Source of the DNA: a virus
Lineage: Duplodnaviria; Heunggongvirae; Uroviricota; Caudoviricetes; Peduoviridae
Strand: one strand, 5' to 3'
Virus record (IMG/VR): IMGVR_UViG_3300029875_000335
Length of the DNA stretch: 31,966 nucleotides
Shown here in pieces: positions 8,070-17,952 of this stretch. The position numbers and the translations under genes were made by a program. The notes below the pieces were generated by a model, which did not search any database, was not told the origin of the DNA, and saw only the letters and a list, made by a program, of their open reading frames with translations. Every line of letters starts with the position of its first letter. Within the stretch, counting starts at the first letter, position 1.

Positions 8070-9104
8070 TCAGCCGTTGTCAGTGTCCAGTGAGTAGTTT
8101 TTAAAGCGGATGACCTCCTGACCGAGCCAGCCGTTTATCTCGCGGATCCTGTCCTGTAGCGGGATAAGCTCATTGCGGACAAAGACCTTTGCCACTTTCT
8201 CAATATCACCCAGCGACCCGACGTTCTCCGGCTTGCCGCCCATCAACTGAAAGGGGATGCGGTGCGCGTCCAGCAGGTCAGCGGCGCTGGCTTTTTTGAT
8301 ATTAAAAAAATCGTCCTTCGTTGCCACTTCACTGAGCGGGATAATTTTAATGCCGTCGGCTTTCCCCTGCGGAGCATAGAGAAACAGATTTTTAAAGTTG
8401 TTGCGGCCTTTCGACTTGACCATGTTTTCGCGAAGCATTTCGATATCGTTGCGATCCTGCACGGCATCGGTGACGTACATGATATATCCGGCATGAGCGC
8501 CATTTTCGTAATACTTGCGGCGGAACAGCGTGGCCGACTCATTCAGCCAGGCAGAATTAAGGGCGCTGAGATATTCCGGCAGGCCGTACAGCTCCTGATT
8601 AATATCCGGCTCCAGCAGGTGAAACACGGAACCGGGCGCGAAGGCTGTCGGCTCGTTGAAGGACGGCACCCACCAGTAAACATCCTCTTCCACACCACGG
8701 CGGGTATATTTTGCCGGTGAGGTTTCCAGTCTGATGACCTTACCGGTGGTGCTGTAACGCTTTTCCAGAAACGCATTACCGAACACCAGAAAATCCAGCA
8801 CAAAGCGGCTGAAATCCTGCTGGGAAAGCCACGGGTGCGGGATAAACGTTGAAGCCAGAATATTACGTTTGACGTAAATCGGTGAGCTGTGATGCACGGC
8901 AGCACGCAGACTTTTTGCCAGACCGGTAAAGCTGACCGGTGGCTCATACCATCTGCCGTTACTGATGCATTCGACGTAATCCAGAATGTCACGGCGGTCG
9001 AGTACCGGCACTGGCTCACCAAAGGTGAATGCCTCCATTTTCGGGGCGCTGGCGGTCATTTTTTTTGCCGCAGGTTGCGGTGTTTTCCCTTTTTTCTTGC
9101 TCAT
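8070..9104 (-). CDS. Q: Portal protein
   Basis: 344 aa, length and position identical to P2 gpQ; leftward operon with P. Confidence 0.9.
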   Translation of the reverse strand: MSKKKGKTPQPAAKKMTASAPKMEAFTFGEPVPVLDRRDILDYVECISNGRWYEPPVSFTGLAKSLRAAVHHSSPIYVKRNILASTFIPHPWLSQQDFSRFVLDFLVFGNAFLEKRYSTTGKVIRLETSPAKYTRRGVEEDVYWWVPSFNEPTAFAPGSVFHLLEPDINQELYGLPEYLSALNSAWLNESATLFRRKYYENGAHAGYIMYVTDAVQDRNDIEMLRENMVKSKGRNNFKNLFLYAPQGKADGIKIIPLSEVATKDDFFNIKKASAADLLDAHRIPFQLMGGKPENVGSLGDIEKVAKVFVRNELIPLQDRIREINGWLGQEVIRFKNYSLDTDNG

Positions 9105-10876
9105 CAGTAAAACTCCAGAATGGTGGATGTCAGCGGGGTGCTGATACCGGCGGTGAGTGGCTCATTTAACAGGGCGTGCATGGTCGCCCAGGCGAGGTCG
9201 GCGTGGCTGGCTTCCTCGCTGCGGCTGGCCTCATAGGTGGCACTGCGTCCGCTGCTGGTCATGGTCTTGCGGATAGCCATAAACGAGCTGGTGATGTCGG
9301 TGGCGCTGACGTCGTATTCCAGACAGCCACGACGGATAACGTCTTTTGCCTTGAGCACCATTGCGGTTTTCATTTCCGGCGTGTAGCGGATGTCGCGCGC
9401 GGCGGGATAGAACGAGCGCACGAGCTGGAACACACCGACACCGAGGCCGGTGGCATCAATTCCGATGTATTCGACGTTGTATTTTTCGGTGAGTTTGCGG
9501 ATGGATTCAGCCTGAGTGGCAAAGTCCATGCCTTTCCACTGGTGACGCTCAAGTATTCTGAATTTGCCACCGGCCACCACCGGCGGTGCCAGCACCACGC
9601 ATCCGGCACTGTCGCCACGGTGTGACGGGTCGTAACCAATCCATACCGGACGGGAGCCGAACGGATTGGCGGCAAACGGCGCATAGTCTTCCCATTCTTC
9701 CAGCGTGTCGACCATGCAGCGTTGCAGCTCCTCGAACGGGAATACCGACGCCTTGTCGTCAACAAATTCACACATGAACAGGTTTTTAAAATCGTCGGCG
9801 CTGTTTTCGCGTTTGAGCTGTTCAATGTCGAACAGCGTGCAGCCGCCTTTCAGCGCGTCCTCAATGGTGACAATCTGCCGCCACTGACCGTCCGCACAGA
9901 GAAGCCCACCGGCAAGGGCGTTATGACTGACGTCGATTTCCACGCGTTCGGTGGCGCTGGCGCGTCCCCGGTTGAACAGTTCACCCGACCAGAACGGGTA
10001 GGCGTCGTGCGCCAGCGTGGACGGGGTGGAGAAATAGGTCGAGCGCAGGTGACTCTGTGAGGCCATACCTGATGCCACCTTACGCAGTACCTGAAAATTC
10101 GGGATCCAGAAAATCTCGTCGACGTACAGGTCGCCGTTATGGCTCTGTGCGGTGTTGGAGTTGGTGCCGAGAAAAATCAGTTTTGCGCCGTTATTGCCCA
10201 GGACAATCGGGTCACCAGTCAGGTCAACGTCAACCAGCCGGGCAAAGGCGATGATGTATTCGCGGAACACATGCGCCTGCGTTTTACTGGCCGACAGAAA
10301 AATCTGGTTATGGCCGGTTTTCAGGGCGCGCAGCAGCGCCTCACGGGAAAAATAAAACGTCGCGCCAATCTGACGGGATTTCAGGATATCGCGGATGCGG
10401 TGCTCAAGCCCGGCGCGATACCAGTGCAACTGATAGTCGAAAGACTGCTCAAAGAAAATCTGCTCCAGCTTTTCGATAGCCTCGTCACTGAAAAAATTCT
10501 TTTTCGGTTTGCGCCGCCCGCCTTTGTTGCGGTTAGCAACGTTCGGATTAAGGTCTGCCTCGTTGCCGGTCTGACTGTAACGGTTGACCCGTGCCAGTCG
10601 TTCAATCTGGCGTCCCAGCAGGTCAATTTCCTTGAAGTCACCGCCGGTTTTCTGCGGTTTGATGATGAGCTGGGTCAGTCGCGCTTCCAGACTCATTTCG
10701 ACACGGCTGATGGGGGCAACGCTGTCCCAGCCGTCGCGCTGTTTCCAGCTCTGCACCGTCGGACGTTTCATCTGCAATATGGCGGCAATCTGCGGCACGG
10801 AAAACCCCTGCCAGTACAGCAGCGCCGCCTGACGACGCGGGTCGTGTAAAAGAGTGGTGTCTGTGGTGATGGTCAT
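9104..10876 (-). CDS. P: Terminase large (ATPase) subunit
   Basis: 590 aa from the ATG at 10876 (GAGG RBS); the longer ORF to 10906 starts with TTG. Matches P2 gpP length. Confidence 0.9.
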   Translation of the reverse strand: MTITTDTTLLHDPRRQAALLYWQGFSVPQIAAILQMKRPTVQSWKQRDGWDSVAPISRVEMSLEARLTQLIIKPQKTGGDFKEIDLLGRQIERLARVNRYSQTGNEADLNPNVANRNKGGRRKPKKNFFSDEAIEKLEQIFFEQSFDYQLHWYRAGLEHRIRDILKSRQIGATFYFSREALLRALKTGHNQIFLSASKTQAHVFREYIIAFARLVDVDLTGDPIVLGNNGAKLIFLGTNSNTAQSHNGDLYVDEIFWIPNFQVLRKVASGMASQSHLRSTYFSTPSTLAHDAYPFWSGELFNRGRASATERVEIDVSHNALAGGLLCADGQWRQIVTIEDALKGGCTLFDIEQLKRENSADDFKNLFMCEFVDDKASVFPFEELQRCMVDTLEEWEDYAPFAANPFGSRPVWIGYDPSHRGDSAGCVVLAPPVVAGGKFRILERHQWKGMDFATQAESIRKLTEKYNVEYIGIDATGLGVGVFQLVRSFYPAARDIRYTPEMKTAMVLKAKDVIRRGCLEYDVSATDITSSFMAIRKTMTSSGRSATYEASRSEEASHADLAWATMHALLNEPLTAGISTPLTSTILEFY

Positions 10877-11049
10877 GAATACCTCGCCGTGATGAATACA
10901 CGGCAAGGCTACTGAGTCGCGCCCCGCGATTCGCTAAGGTGCTGTTGTGTCAGTGATAAGCCATCCGGGACTGATGGCGGAGGATGCGCATCGTCGGGAA
11001 ACTGATGCCGACATGTGACTCCTCTAATCACTATTCAGGACTCCTGACA
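10877..11049. promoter_or_regulatory. Divergent late promoter region between P and O
   Basis: 173-bp intergenic region between the divergent P-Q and O-N-M-L operons, where P2 has its Ogr-dependent late promoters. No confident TGT-N12-ACA element was located. Confidence 0.35.
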
Positions 11050-11904
11050 ATGGCAAAAAAAGTCTCAAAATTCTTTCGTGTCGGCGTTGAGGGTGACACC
11101 TGTGACGGGCGTGTCATCAGTGCGCAGGATATTCAGGAAATGGCGGAAACCTTTGACCCGCGTGTCTATGGTTGCCGCATTAACCTGGAACATCTGCGCG
11201 GCATCCTGCCTGACGGTATTTTTAAACGTTATGGCGATGTGGTCGAACTGAAGGCCGAAAAGATTGACGATGATTCGGCGCTGAAAGGCAAATGGGCGCT
11301 GTTTGCGAAAATCACCCCGACCGATGACCTTATCGCGATGAACAAGGCCGCGCAGAAGGTCTACACCTCAATGGAAATTCAGCCGAACTTTGCCAACACC
11401 GGCAAATGTTATCTGGTGGGGCTGGCCGTCACCGATGACCCGGCAAGCCTCGGTACGGAATACCTGGAATTCTGCCGCACGGCAAAACACAACCCCCTGA
11501 ACCGCTTCAAATTAAGCCCTGAGAACCTTATTTCAGTGGCAACGCCCGTTGAGCTGGAATTTGAAGACCTGCCTGAAACCGTGTTCACCGCCCTGACCGA
11601 AAAGGTGAAATCCATTTTTGGCCGCAAACAGGCCAGCGATGACGCCCGTCTGAATGACGTGCATGAAGCGGTGACCGCTGTTGCTGAACATGTGCAGGAA
11701 AAACTGAGCGCCACTGAGCAGCGCCTCGCTGAGATGGAAACCGCCTTTTCCGCACTTAAGCAGGAGGTGACTGACAGGGCGGATGAAACCAGCCAGGCAT
11801 TCACCCGCCTGAAAAACAGTCTCGACAACACCGAAAGTCTGACCCAGCAGCGCCGCAGCAAGGCCACCGGTGGTGGCGGTGACGCCCTGATGACGAACTG
11901 CTGA
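11050..11904 (+). CDS. O: Capsid scaffolding protein
   Basis: 284 aa from the ATG at 11050, matching P2 gpO length; acidic, coiled-coil-rich C-terminal half. Confidence 0.85.
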   Translation: MAKKVSKFFRVGVEGDTCDGRVISAQDIQEMAETFDPRVYGCRINLEHLRGILPDGIFKRYGDVVELKAEKIDDDSALKGKWALFAKITPTDDLIAMNKAAQKVYTSMEIQPNFANTGKCYLVGLAVTDDPASLGTEYLEFCRTAKHNPLNRFKLSPENLISVATPVELEFEDLPETVFTALTEKVKSIFGRKQASDDARLNDVHEAVTAVAEHVQEKLSATEQRLAEMETAFSALKQEVTDRADETSQAFTRLKNSLDNTESLTQQRRSKATGGGGDALMTNC

Positions 11905-11962
11905 CCGGCGTCAGTCAGTCCGGGAAAACCTTCACGATTAACCCTTAATTTCAGGAAAAACT

Positions 11963-13036
11963 ATGCGCCAGGAAACCCGCTTTAAATTTAATGCCTACCT
12001 GTCCCGTGTTGCCGAACTGAACGGCATCGACGCCGGTGATGTGTCGAAAAAATTCACCGTTGAACCGTCGGTCACTCAGACCCTGATGAACACCATGCAG
12101 GAGTCCTCTGATTTTCTGACCAGCATCAACATTGTGCCGGTCAGCGAAATGAAAGGGGAAAAAATTGGTATTGGTGTCACCGGCTCCATCGCCAGCACCA
12201 CCGACACCGCCGGTGGCACCGAGCGTCAGCCGAAGGACTTCTCGAAGCTGGCGTCAAACAAGTACGAATGCGACCAGATTAACTTCGATTTTTATATCCG
12301 CTACAAAACGCTGGACCTGTGGGCGCGTTATCAGGATTTCCAGCTCCGTATCCGTAACGCCATTATCAAACGCCAGTCCCTTGATTTCATCATGGCCGGT
12401 TTTAACGGCGTGAAGCGTGCCGAAACCTCTGACCGCAGCAGTAATCCGATGCTGCAGGATGTGGCGGTCGGCTGGCTGCAGAAATACCGCAATGAAGCAC
12501 CGGCGCGCGTGATGAGCAAGGTCACTGACGAGGAAGGGCACACCACCTCTGAGGTCATCCGCGTGGGTAAGGGCGGTGATTATGCCAGCCTCGATGCACT
12601 GGTGATGGATGCGACCAACAACCTGATTGAGCCGTGGTATCAGGAAGACCCTGACCTTGTGGTGATTGTGGGGCGTCAGCTACTGGCGGACAAGTATTTC
12701 CCCATCGTCAACAGGGAGCAGGATAACAGCGAAATGCTGGCTGCTGACGTGATCATCAGCCAGAAACGCATCGGTAACCTGCCAGCGGTACGCGTCCCGT
12801 ACTTCCCGGCGGATGCGATGCTCATCACGAAGCTGGAAAACCTGTCCATCTACTACATGGATGACAGCCATCGCCGCGTGATTGTGGAAAACCCGAAACT
12901 CGACCGCGTGGAGAACTACGAGTCAATGAACATTGATTACGTGGTGGAAGACTACGCCGCCGGTTGTCTGGTGGAAAAAATCAAGGTCGGTGATTTCTCC
13001 ACACCGGCTAAGGCGACCGCAGAGCCGGGAGCGTAA
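11963..13036 (+). CDS. N: Major capsid protein
   Basis: 357 aa, matching P2 gpN length and position. Confidence 0.9.
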   Translation: MRQETRFKFNAYLSRVAELNGIDAGDVSKKFTVEPSVTQTLMNTMQESSDFLTSINIVPVSEMKGEKIGIGVTGSIASTTDTAGGTERQPKDFSKLASNKYECDQINFDFYIRYKTLDLWARYQDFQLRIRNAIIKRQSLDFIMAGFNGVKRAETSDRSSNPMLQDVAVGWLQKYRNEAPARVMSKVTDEEGHTTSEVIRVGKGGDYASLDALVMDATNNLIEPWYQEDPDLVVIVGRQLLADKYFPIVNREQDNSEMLAADVIISQKRIGNLPAVRVPYFPADAMLITKLENLSIYYMDDSHRRVIVENPKLDRVENYESMNIDYVVEDYAAGCLVEKIKVGDFSTPAKATAEPGA

Positions 13037-13039
13037 CCG

Positions 13040-13783
13040 ATGACGAGTCCCGCACAGCGCCACATGATGCGGGTCTCGGCAGCGATGACCGCGCAGCGGG
13101 AAGCCGCCCCGCTGCGACATGCAACTGTCTATGAGCAGATGCTGGTCAAGCTGGCCGCAGACCAGCGCACACTGAAAGCGATTTATTCAAAAGAGCTTAA
13201 GGCCGCGAAAAAGCGCGAACTGCTGCCGTTCTGGTTGCCGTGGGTGAACGGTGTGCTGGAGCAGGGCAAAGGTGCACAGGATGACATTCTGATGACGGTC
13301 ATGCTGTGGCGTCTGGATACCGGCGATATTGCCGGTGCGCTGGAGATTGCCCGTTATGCCCTGAAGTACGGTCTGACCATGCCGGGTAAACACCGCCGCA
13401 CCCCGCCGTACATGTTCACCGAGGAGGTCGCACTCGCGGCCATGCGCGCTCACGCTGCCGGTGAATCTGTGGATATCCGCCTGCTGACGGAGACCCTTGA
13501 ACTGACCGCCACGGCTGACATGCCTGATGAAGTGCGCGCAAAGCTGCACAAAATCACCGGTCTGTTTCTGCGTGACGCTGGTGATGCCGCCGGTGCGCTG
13601 GCTCACCTGCAACGTGCGACACAGCTCGACTGTCAGGCAGGCGTCAAAAAAGAGATTGAACGACTGGAGCGGGAGCTGAAACCGAAGCCGGAGCCGCAGC
13701 CAAAAGCGGTCACCCGCGCCCCGCGTAAGACCCGGAGCGTGACACCGGCAAAACGTGGACGCCCGAAAAAGAAAGCCAGTTAA
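13040..13783 (+). CDS. M: Terminase small (endonuclease) subunit
   Basis: 247 aa, matching P2 gpM; basic lysine/arginine-rich C-terminal tail. Confidence 0.85.
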   Translation: MTSPAQRHMMRVSAAMTAQREAAPLRHATVYEQMLVKLAADQRTLKAIYSKELKAAKKRELLPFWLPWVNGVLEQGKGAQDDILMTVMLWRLDTGDIAGALEIARYALKYGLTMPGKHRRTPPYMFTEEVALAAMRAHAAGESVDIRLLTETLELTATADMPDEVRAKLHKITGLFLRDAGDAAGALAHLQRATQLDCQAGVKKEIERLERELKPKPEPQPKAVTRAPRKTRSVTPAKRGRPKKKAS

Positions 13784-13882
13784 CAACCAAATGCGCCCCG
13801 CGCCAGGGCGGCACGCCGGTCAGTGAGGGTGAATCACCTGACACTGCACCGGCGTCCACCGCCCGACTTTTCAGAGGTAGTC

Positions 13883-14392
13883 ATGATGACGCTGATTATT
13901 CCGCGAAAGGAGGCTCCCGTGTCCGGTGAGGGGACGGTGGTCATCCCGCAACCGGCAGGCGACGAGCCGGTGATTAAAAACACGTTCTTTTTTCCCGATA
14001 TCGACCCGAAGCGCGTCCGGGAACGTATGCGCCTTGAGCAGACCGTCGCCCCCGCCCGTCTGCGTGAGGCCATCAAGTCAGGCATGGCGGAGGCGAATGC
14101 GGAGCTGTACGAATACCGCGAACAGAAAATTGCCGCCGGTTTTACGTGTCTGGCGGACGTTCCGGCGGACGACATCGACGGTGAAAGCATCAAAGTTTTT
14201 TACTACGAGCGCGCCGTGTGTGCGATGGCGACCGCATCGCTTTATGAGCGTTATCGCGGCGTGGATGCCAGTGCGAAAGGCGACAAGAAGGCTGACAGCA
14301 TTGACAGCACCATTGATGAGCTGTGGCGGGATATGCGCTGGGCGGTGGCGCGCATCCAGGGCAAGCCGCGCTGCATCGTGAGTCAAATCTGA
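13883..14392 (+). CDS. L: Head completion protein
   Basis: 169 aa from the ATG at 13883 (GAGGTAG RBS), matching P2 gpL. Confidence 0.8.
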   Translation: MMTLIIPRKEAPVSGEGTVVIPQPAGDEPVIKNTFFFPDIDPKRVRERMRLEQTVAPARLREAIKSGMAEANAELYEYREQKIAAGFTCLADVPADDIDGESIKVFYYERAVCAMATASLYERYRGVDASAKGDKKADSIDSTIDELWRDMRWAVARIQGKPRCIVSQI

Positions 14393-14595
14393 TGAAGACC
14401 TTTGCGCTACAGGGCGACACGCTCGACGCCATTTGTGTCCGCTATTACGGGCGCACTGAGGGCGTGGTCGAGGCCGTGCTCGCCGCAAATCCGGGACTGG
14501 CTGAACTGGGGGCGGTGCTGCCACACGGCACCGCCGTCGAACTGCCCGACGTTCAGACCGCGCCCGTGGCTGAAACTGTCAATCTGTGGGAGTAA
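14392..14595 (+). CDS. X: Tail protein X
   Basis: 67 aa from the ATG at 14392 (MKTFALQGDTLDAI...), matching P2 gpX. Confidence 0.8.
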   Translation: MKTFALQGDTLDAICVRYYGRTEGVVEAVLAANPGLAELGAVLPHGTAVELPDVQTAPVAETVNLWE

Positions 14596-14598
14596 CGC

Positions 14599-14880
14599 AT
14601 GACAGCAGAAGAAAAAAGCGTCCTGTCGCTTTTCATGATTGGGGTGCTGATTGTTGTCGGCAAGGTGCTTGCCGGTGGTGAACCTATCACCCCGCGTCTG
14701 TTTATCGGGCGCATGTTGCTCGGTGGTTTTGTCTCGATGGTTGCCGGTGTTGTTCTGGTGCAGTTTCCTGACCTGTCACTGCCTGCGGTGTGCGGCATCG
14801 GCTCCATGCTGGGTATCGCCGGTTATCAGGTGATTGAGATTGCCATTCAGCGCCGTTTTAAGGGCAGGGGGAAACCGTAA
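14599..14880 (+). CDS. Y: Holin
   Basis: 93 aa with hydrophobic transmembrane segments, directly upstream of the endolysin; matches P2 gpY. Confidence 0.85.
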   Translation: MTAEEKSVLSLFMIGVLIVVGKVLAGGEPITPRLFIGRMLLGGFVSMVAGVVLVQFPDLSLPAVCGIGSMLGIAGYQVIEIAIQRRFKGRGKP

Positions 14881-15377
14881 TGCCGGTAATTAACACGCAT
14901 CAGAATATCGCCGCCTTTCTCGACATGCTGGCCGTGTCCGAAGGGACGGCGAATCATCCGCTGACGAAAAACCGGGGCTATGACGTGATAGTCACCGGAC
15001 TGGACGGAAAGCCGGAAATTTTCACCGACTACAGTGACCACCCGTTCGCGCATGGCCGACCGGCGAAGGTGTTTAACCGTCGCGGTGAAAAATCCACGGC
15101 CTCCGGTCGCTATCAGCAGCTTTACCTGTTCTGGCCGCACTACCGCAAACAGCTTGCCCTGCCGGATTTCAGTCCGTTGTCACAGGACAGGCTCGCCATT
15201 CAGTTGATCCGCGAACGCGGTGCACTGGATGACATCCGGGCGGGACGCATTGAGCGCGCCATTTCACGCTGTCGCAATATCTGGGCGTCCCTGCCGGGTG
15301 CCGGTTACGGTCAGCGTGAGCATTCACTGGAAAAACTGGTCACCGTCTGGCGTACCGCCGGCGGCGTACCGGCTTAA
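14880..15377 (+). CDS. K: Endolysin (lambda R-like lytic transglycosylase)
   Basis: 165 aa; FLDMLAVSEGT, GYDVIVTG, FTDYSDHP and NIWASLPGAGYGQ-EH closely parallel lambda R as I recall it; start overlaps the holin stop. Confidence 0.9.
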   Translation: MPVINTHQNIAAFLDMLAVSEGTANHPLTKNRGYDVIVTGLDGKPEIFTDYSDHPFAHGRPAKVFNRRGEKSTASGRYQQLYLFWPHYRKQLALPDFSPLSQDRLAIQLIRERGALDDIRAGRIERAISRCRNIWASLPGAGYGQREHSLEKLVTVWRTAGGVPA

Positions 15378-15391
15378 ACGGAGTAAACACC

Positions 15392-15817
15392 ATGAAGAAA
15401 TTATCCCTTTCACTGATGCTGAACGTGTCGCTGGCGCTGATGCTGGCACTGTCCCTGATTTACCCGCAGAGCGTGGCCGTCAGTTTTGTCGCCACCTGGG
15501 CGATTCTGGCGACGGTTATCTGTGTGGTTGCCGGTGGTGTCGGCGTGTATGCCACTGAGTATGTGCTGGAACGCTACGGGCGGGAGCTGCCGCCGGAATC
15601 GCTGGCCGTGAAGATTGTCGCGTCGCTGTTTTTGCAGCCGGTGCCGTGGCGCAGACGGGCGGCGGCTCTGGTGGTGATGGTGGCGACGTTTATCTCGCTG
15701 GTCGCTGCCGGGTGGATTTTTACCGCGCTGATTTACCTCGTGGCGTCGGTGTTCTTCCGGTTGATACGCACGGCCTGTCGTCAGCGTTTTGAGGGGCGGG
15801 AACCATGTCAAAGCTGA
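15392..15817 (+). CDS. lysA: Lysis timing membrane protein LysA
   Basis: 141-aa hydrophobic protein in the P2 lysA position. Confidence 0.75.
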   Translation: MKKLSLSLMLNVSLALMLALSLIYPQSVAVSFVATWAILATVICVVAGGVGVYATEYVLERYGRELPPESLAVKIVASLFLQPVPWRRRAAALVVMVATFISLVAAGWIFTALIYLVASVFFRLIRTACRQRFEGREPCQS

Positions 15818-16230
15818 TGATTGTGCTGGTTGTGTTGTTATCACTGGCGGTGGCCGGTCTGTTTCTGGCGAAGCATGAAAACGCCAGCCTGCGCACCTCG
15901 CTGGACAGGGCGAACAACGTCGCCAGTGAACAGCAGGCGACTATCTCCATGCTGAAAAATCAGCTTCATGTTGCCCTCACCAGAGCAGACAAAAACGAGC
16001 TGGCGCAGGTGGCACTGCGTCAGGAACTGGAGAACGCGGCGAAGCGTGAAGCACAGCGCGAGAAAACCATCACGAGGTTACTGAATGAAAACGAAGATTT
16101 TCGCCGCTGGTACGGCGCTGGCCTGCCTGATGCTGTGCGCCGGTTGCACCAGCGCCCGGCCTGCACCGACGCCAGTGATTGTCGCCAACGCCTGCCCGAA
16201 AGTGAGCCTTTGCCCGATGCCGGGCAGTGA
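15805..16230 (+). CDS. lysB: Rz-like inner-membrane spanin LysB
   Basis: 141 aa; N-terminal transmembrane segment then a charged helical region; P2 lysB position. Confidence 0.8.
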   Translation: MSKLMIVLVVLLSLAVAGLFLAKHENASLRTSLDRANNVASEQQATISMLKNQLHVALTRADKNELAQVALRQELENAAKREAQREKTITRLLNENEDFRRWYGAGLPDAVRRLHQRPACTDASDCRQRLPESEPLPDAGQ

Positions 16231-16375
16231 CCCGGAGACGAACGGCGATTTAAGTGCCGATATCCGACAGCTTGAGAACGCGCTGGCACGCTGTGCCAGC
16301 CAGGTAAAAATGATTAAACACTGTCAGGACGAAAACGATGCTCAAACCCGACAGCCTGCGCAGGGCGCTGACTGA
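16085..16375 (+). CDS. lysC: Rz1-like outer-membrane lipoprotein spanin LysC
   Basis: 96 aa; signal peptide with a lipobox (LCAGC) and proline-rich mature part; starts out of frame inside lysB and extends past it. Confidence 0.8.
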   Translation: MKTKIFAAGTALACLMLCAGCTSARPAPTPVIVANACPKVSLCPMPGSDPETNGDLSADIRQLENALARCASQVKMIKHCQDENDAQTRQPAQGAD

Positions 16376-16805
16376 TGCCGTCACGGTGCTGAAAACCAGT
16401 CCCGAGATGCTGCGGATATTCGTTGATAACGGGAGTATTGCCTCCACGCTGGCGACGTCGTTGTCATTCGAAAAGCGTTACACGCTCAATGTGATTGTGA
16501 CCGACTTTACCGGTGATTTTGACCTGCTCATCGTGCCGGTGCTGGCGTGGCTGCGGGAAAATCAGCCCGACATCATGACCACCGACGCAGGCCAGAAAAA
16601 GGGCTTCACGTTTTATGCAGACATCAACAATGACAGCAGCTTTGATATCAGCATCAGCCTGATGCTGACCGAGCGCACGCTGGTCAGTGAGGTGGACGGC
16701 GCACTGCATGTGAAGAATATCCCGGAACCCACGCCGCCGGAGCCGGTCACCCGCCCGGTGGAGCTTTATATCAATGGCGAACTGGTGAGCAAGTGGGATG
16801 AATGA
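16338..16805 (+). CDS. R: Tail completion protein R
   Basis: 155 aa, matching P2 gpR length and position. Confidence 0.8.
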   Translation: MLKPDSLRRALTDAVTVLKTSPEMLRIFVDNGSIASTLATSLSFEKRYTLNVIVTDFTGDFDLLIVPVLAWLRENQPDIMTTDAGQKKGFTFYADINNDSSFDISISLMLTERTLVSEVDGALHVKNIPEPTPPEPVTRPVELYINGELVSKWDE

Positions 16806-17250
16806 GTTTAAGCGTTTTGAAGACCGGCTGACCGGACTGATTGAATCGCTGTCACCGTCAGGGCGTCGGCGACTGAGCGCCGAACTGGCGAAACGTCTGC
16901 GGCAGAGTCAGCAGCGTCGGGTGATGGCTCAGAAAGCCCCGGACGGCACACCCTACGCGCCACGCCAGCAGCAGAGCGCCAGAAAAAAGACTGGTCGTGT
17001 TAAGCGAAAAATGTTTGCGAAACTTATCACCAGTCGTTTTTTGCATATCCGCGCCAGCCCGGAACAGGCATCAATGGAGTTTTACGGCGGAAAGTCACCG
17101 AAAATCGCCAGTGTGCATCAGTTCGGTCTGTCGGAAGAAAACCGGAAAGACGGTAAGAAAATTGATTATCCGGCGCGTCCCCTGCTCGGCTTTACCGGTG
17201 AGGATGTGCAGATGATTGAAGAGATTATCCTGGCTCACCTTGAGCGTTAG
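16798..17250 (+). CDS. S: Tail completion protein S
   Basis: 150 aa, matching P2 gpS; start overlaps the R stop. Confidence 0.8.
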   Translation: MNEFKRFEDRLTGLIESLSPSGRRRLSAELAKRLRQSQQRRVMAQKAPDGTPYAPRQQQSARKKTGRVKRKMFAKLITSRFLHIRASPEQASMEFYGGKSPKIASVHQFGLSEENRKDGKKIDYPARPLLGFTGEDVQMIEEIILAHLER

Positions 17251-17316
17251 TTGTGCCATTCCCGACACCTCATCGTCACATTGCCGCCGGTATGACCCGG
17301 CGGCATCCTTCCCGTT

Positions 17317-17952
17317 ATGAACACTCTCGCAAATATTCAGGAACTCGCGCGCGCACTGCGCAACATGATTCGTACCGGCATTATCGTCGAAACCGACCTT
17401 AACGCCGGTCGCTGCCGTGTGCAGACCGGCGGCATGTGTACCGACTGGCTGCAGTGGCTGACCCATCGCGCCGGACGTTCGCGCACATGGTGGGCACCTT
17501 CCGTGGGGGAACAGGTGCTGATTCTGGCCGTGGGCGGTGAACTCGACACGGCGTTCGTTCTGCCGGGGATTTATTCCGGCGATAACCCCTCGCCGTCTGT
17601 GTCGGCGGATGCCCTGCATATCCGTTTCCCTGACGGGGCGGTGATTGAGTATGAACCCGAAACCAGTGCACTCACGGTAAGCGGAATTAAAACGGCCAGC
17701 GTGACGGCTTCTGATTCTGTTACCGCCACGGTGCCTGTGGTCATGGTGAAAGCATCAACCCGCATCACCCTGGACACACCGGAGGTGGTCTGCACCAACA
17801 GGCTGATTACCGGCACGCTGGAAGTGCAGAAGGGCGGGACGATGCGCGGCAACATTGAACACACCGGCGGTGAACTCTCATCAAACGGTAAGGTACTGCA
17901 TACCCATAAACACCCCGGCGACAGCGGCGGCACAACCGGGAGTCCTCTATGA
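17317..17952 (+). CDS. V: Baseplate assembly / spike protein V
   Basis: 211 aa, matching P2 gpV; first gene of the V-W-J-I-H-G operon. Confidence 0.85.
   Translation: MNTLANIQELARALRNMIRTGIIVETDLNAGRCRVQTGGMCTDWLQWLTHRAGRSRTWWAPSVGEQVLILAVGGELDTAFVLPGIYSGDNPSPSVSADALHIRFPDGAVIEYEPETSALTVSGIKTASVTASDSVTATVPVVMVKASTRITLDTPEVVCTNRLITGTLEVQKGGTMRGNIEHTGGELSSNGKVLHTHKHPGDSGGTTGSPL

Noticed and set aside
13187-13786. 199-aa antisense ORF inside terminase small subunit gene M, and similar antisense ORFs (e.g. 18703..19401, 17095..17619, 9370..9825, 10139..10849)
   Set aside because: Shadow ORFs on the opposite strand of well-supported P2 backbone genes; Arg/Gly/Ala-rich, no RBS, no synteny support.
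17283-17304. Hairpin GCCGCCGG-TATGAC-CCGGCGGC between S and V
   Set aside because: Not followed by a U-rich tract, so not a convincing intrinsic terminator. It lies in the expected late-promoter region for V, but I could not identify a clean TGT-N12-ACA element, so it is left unassigned.
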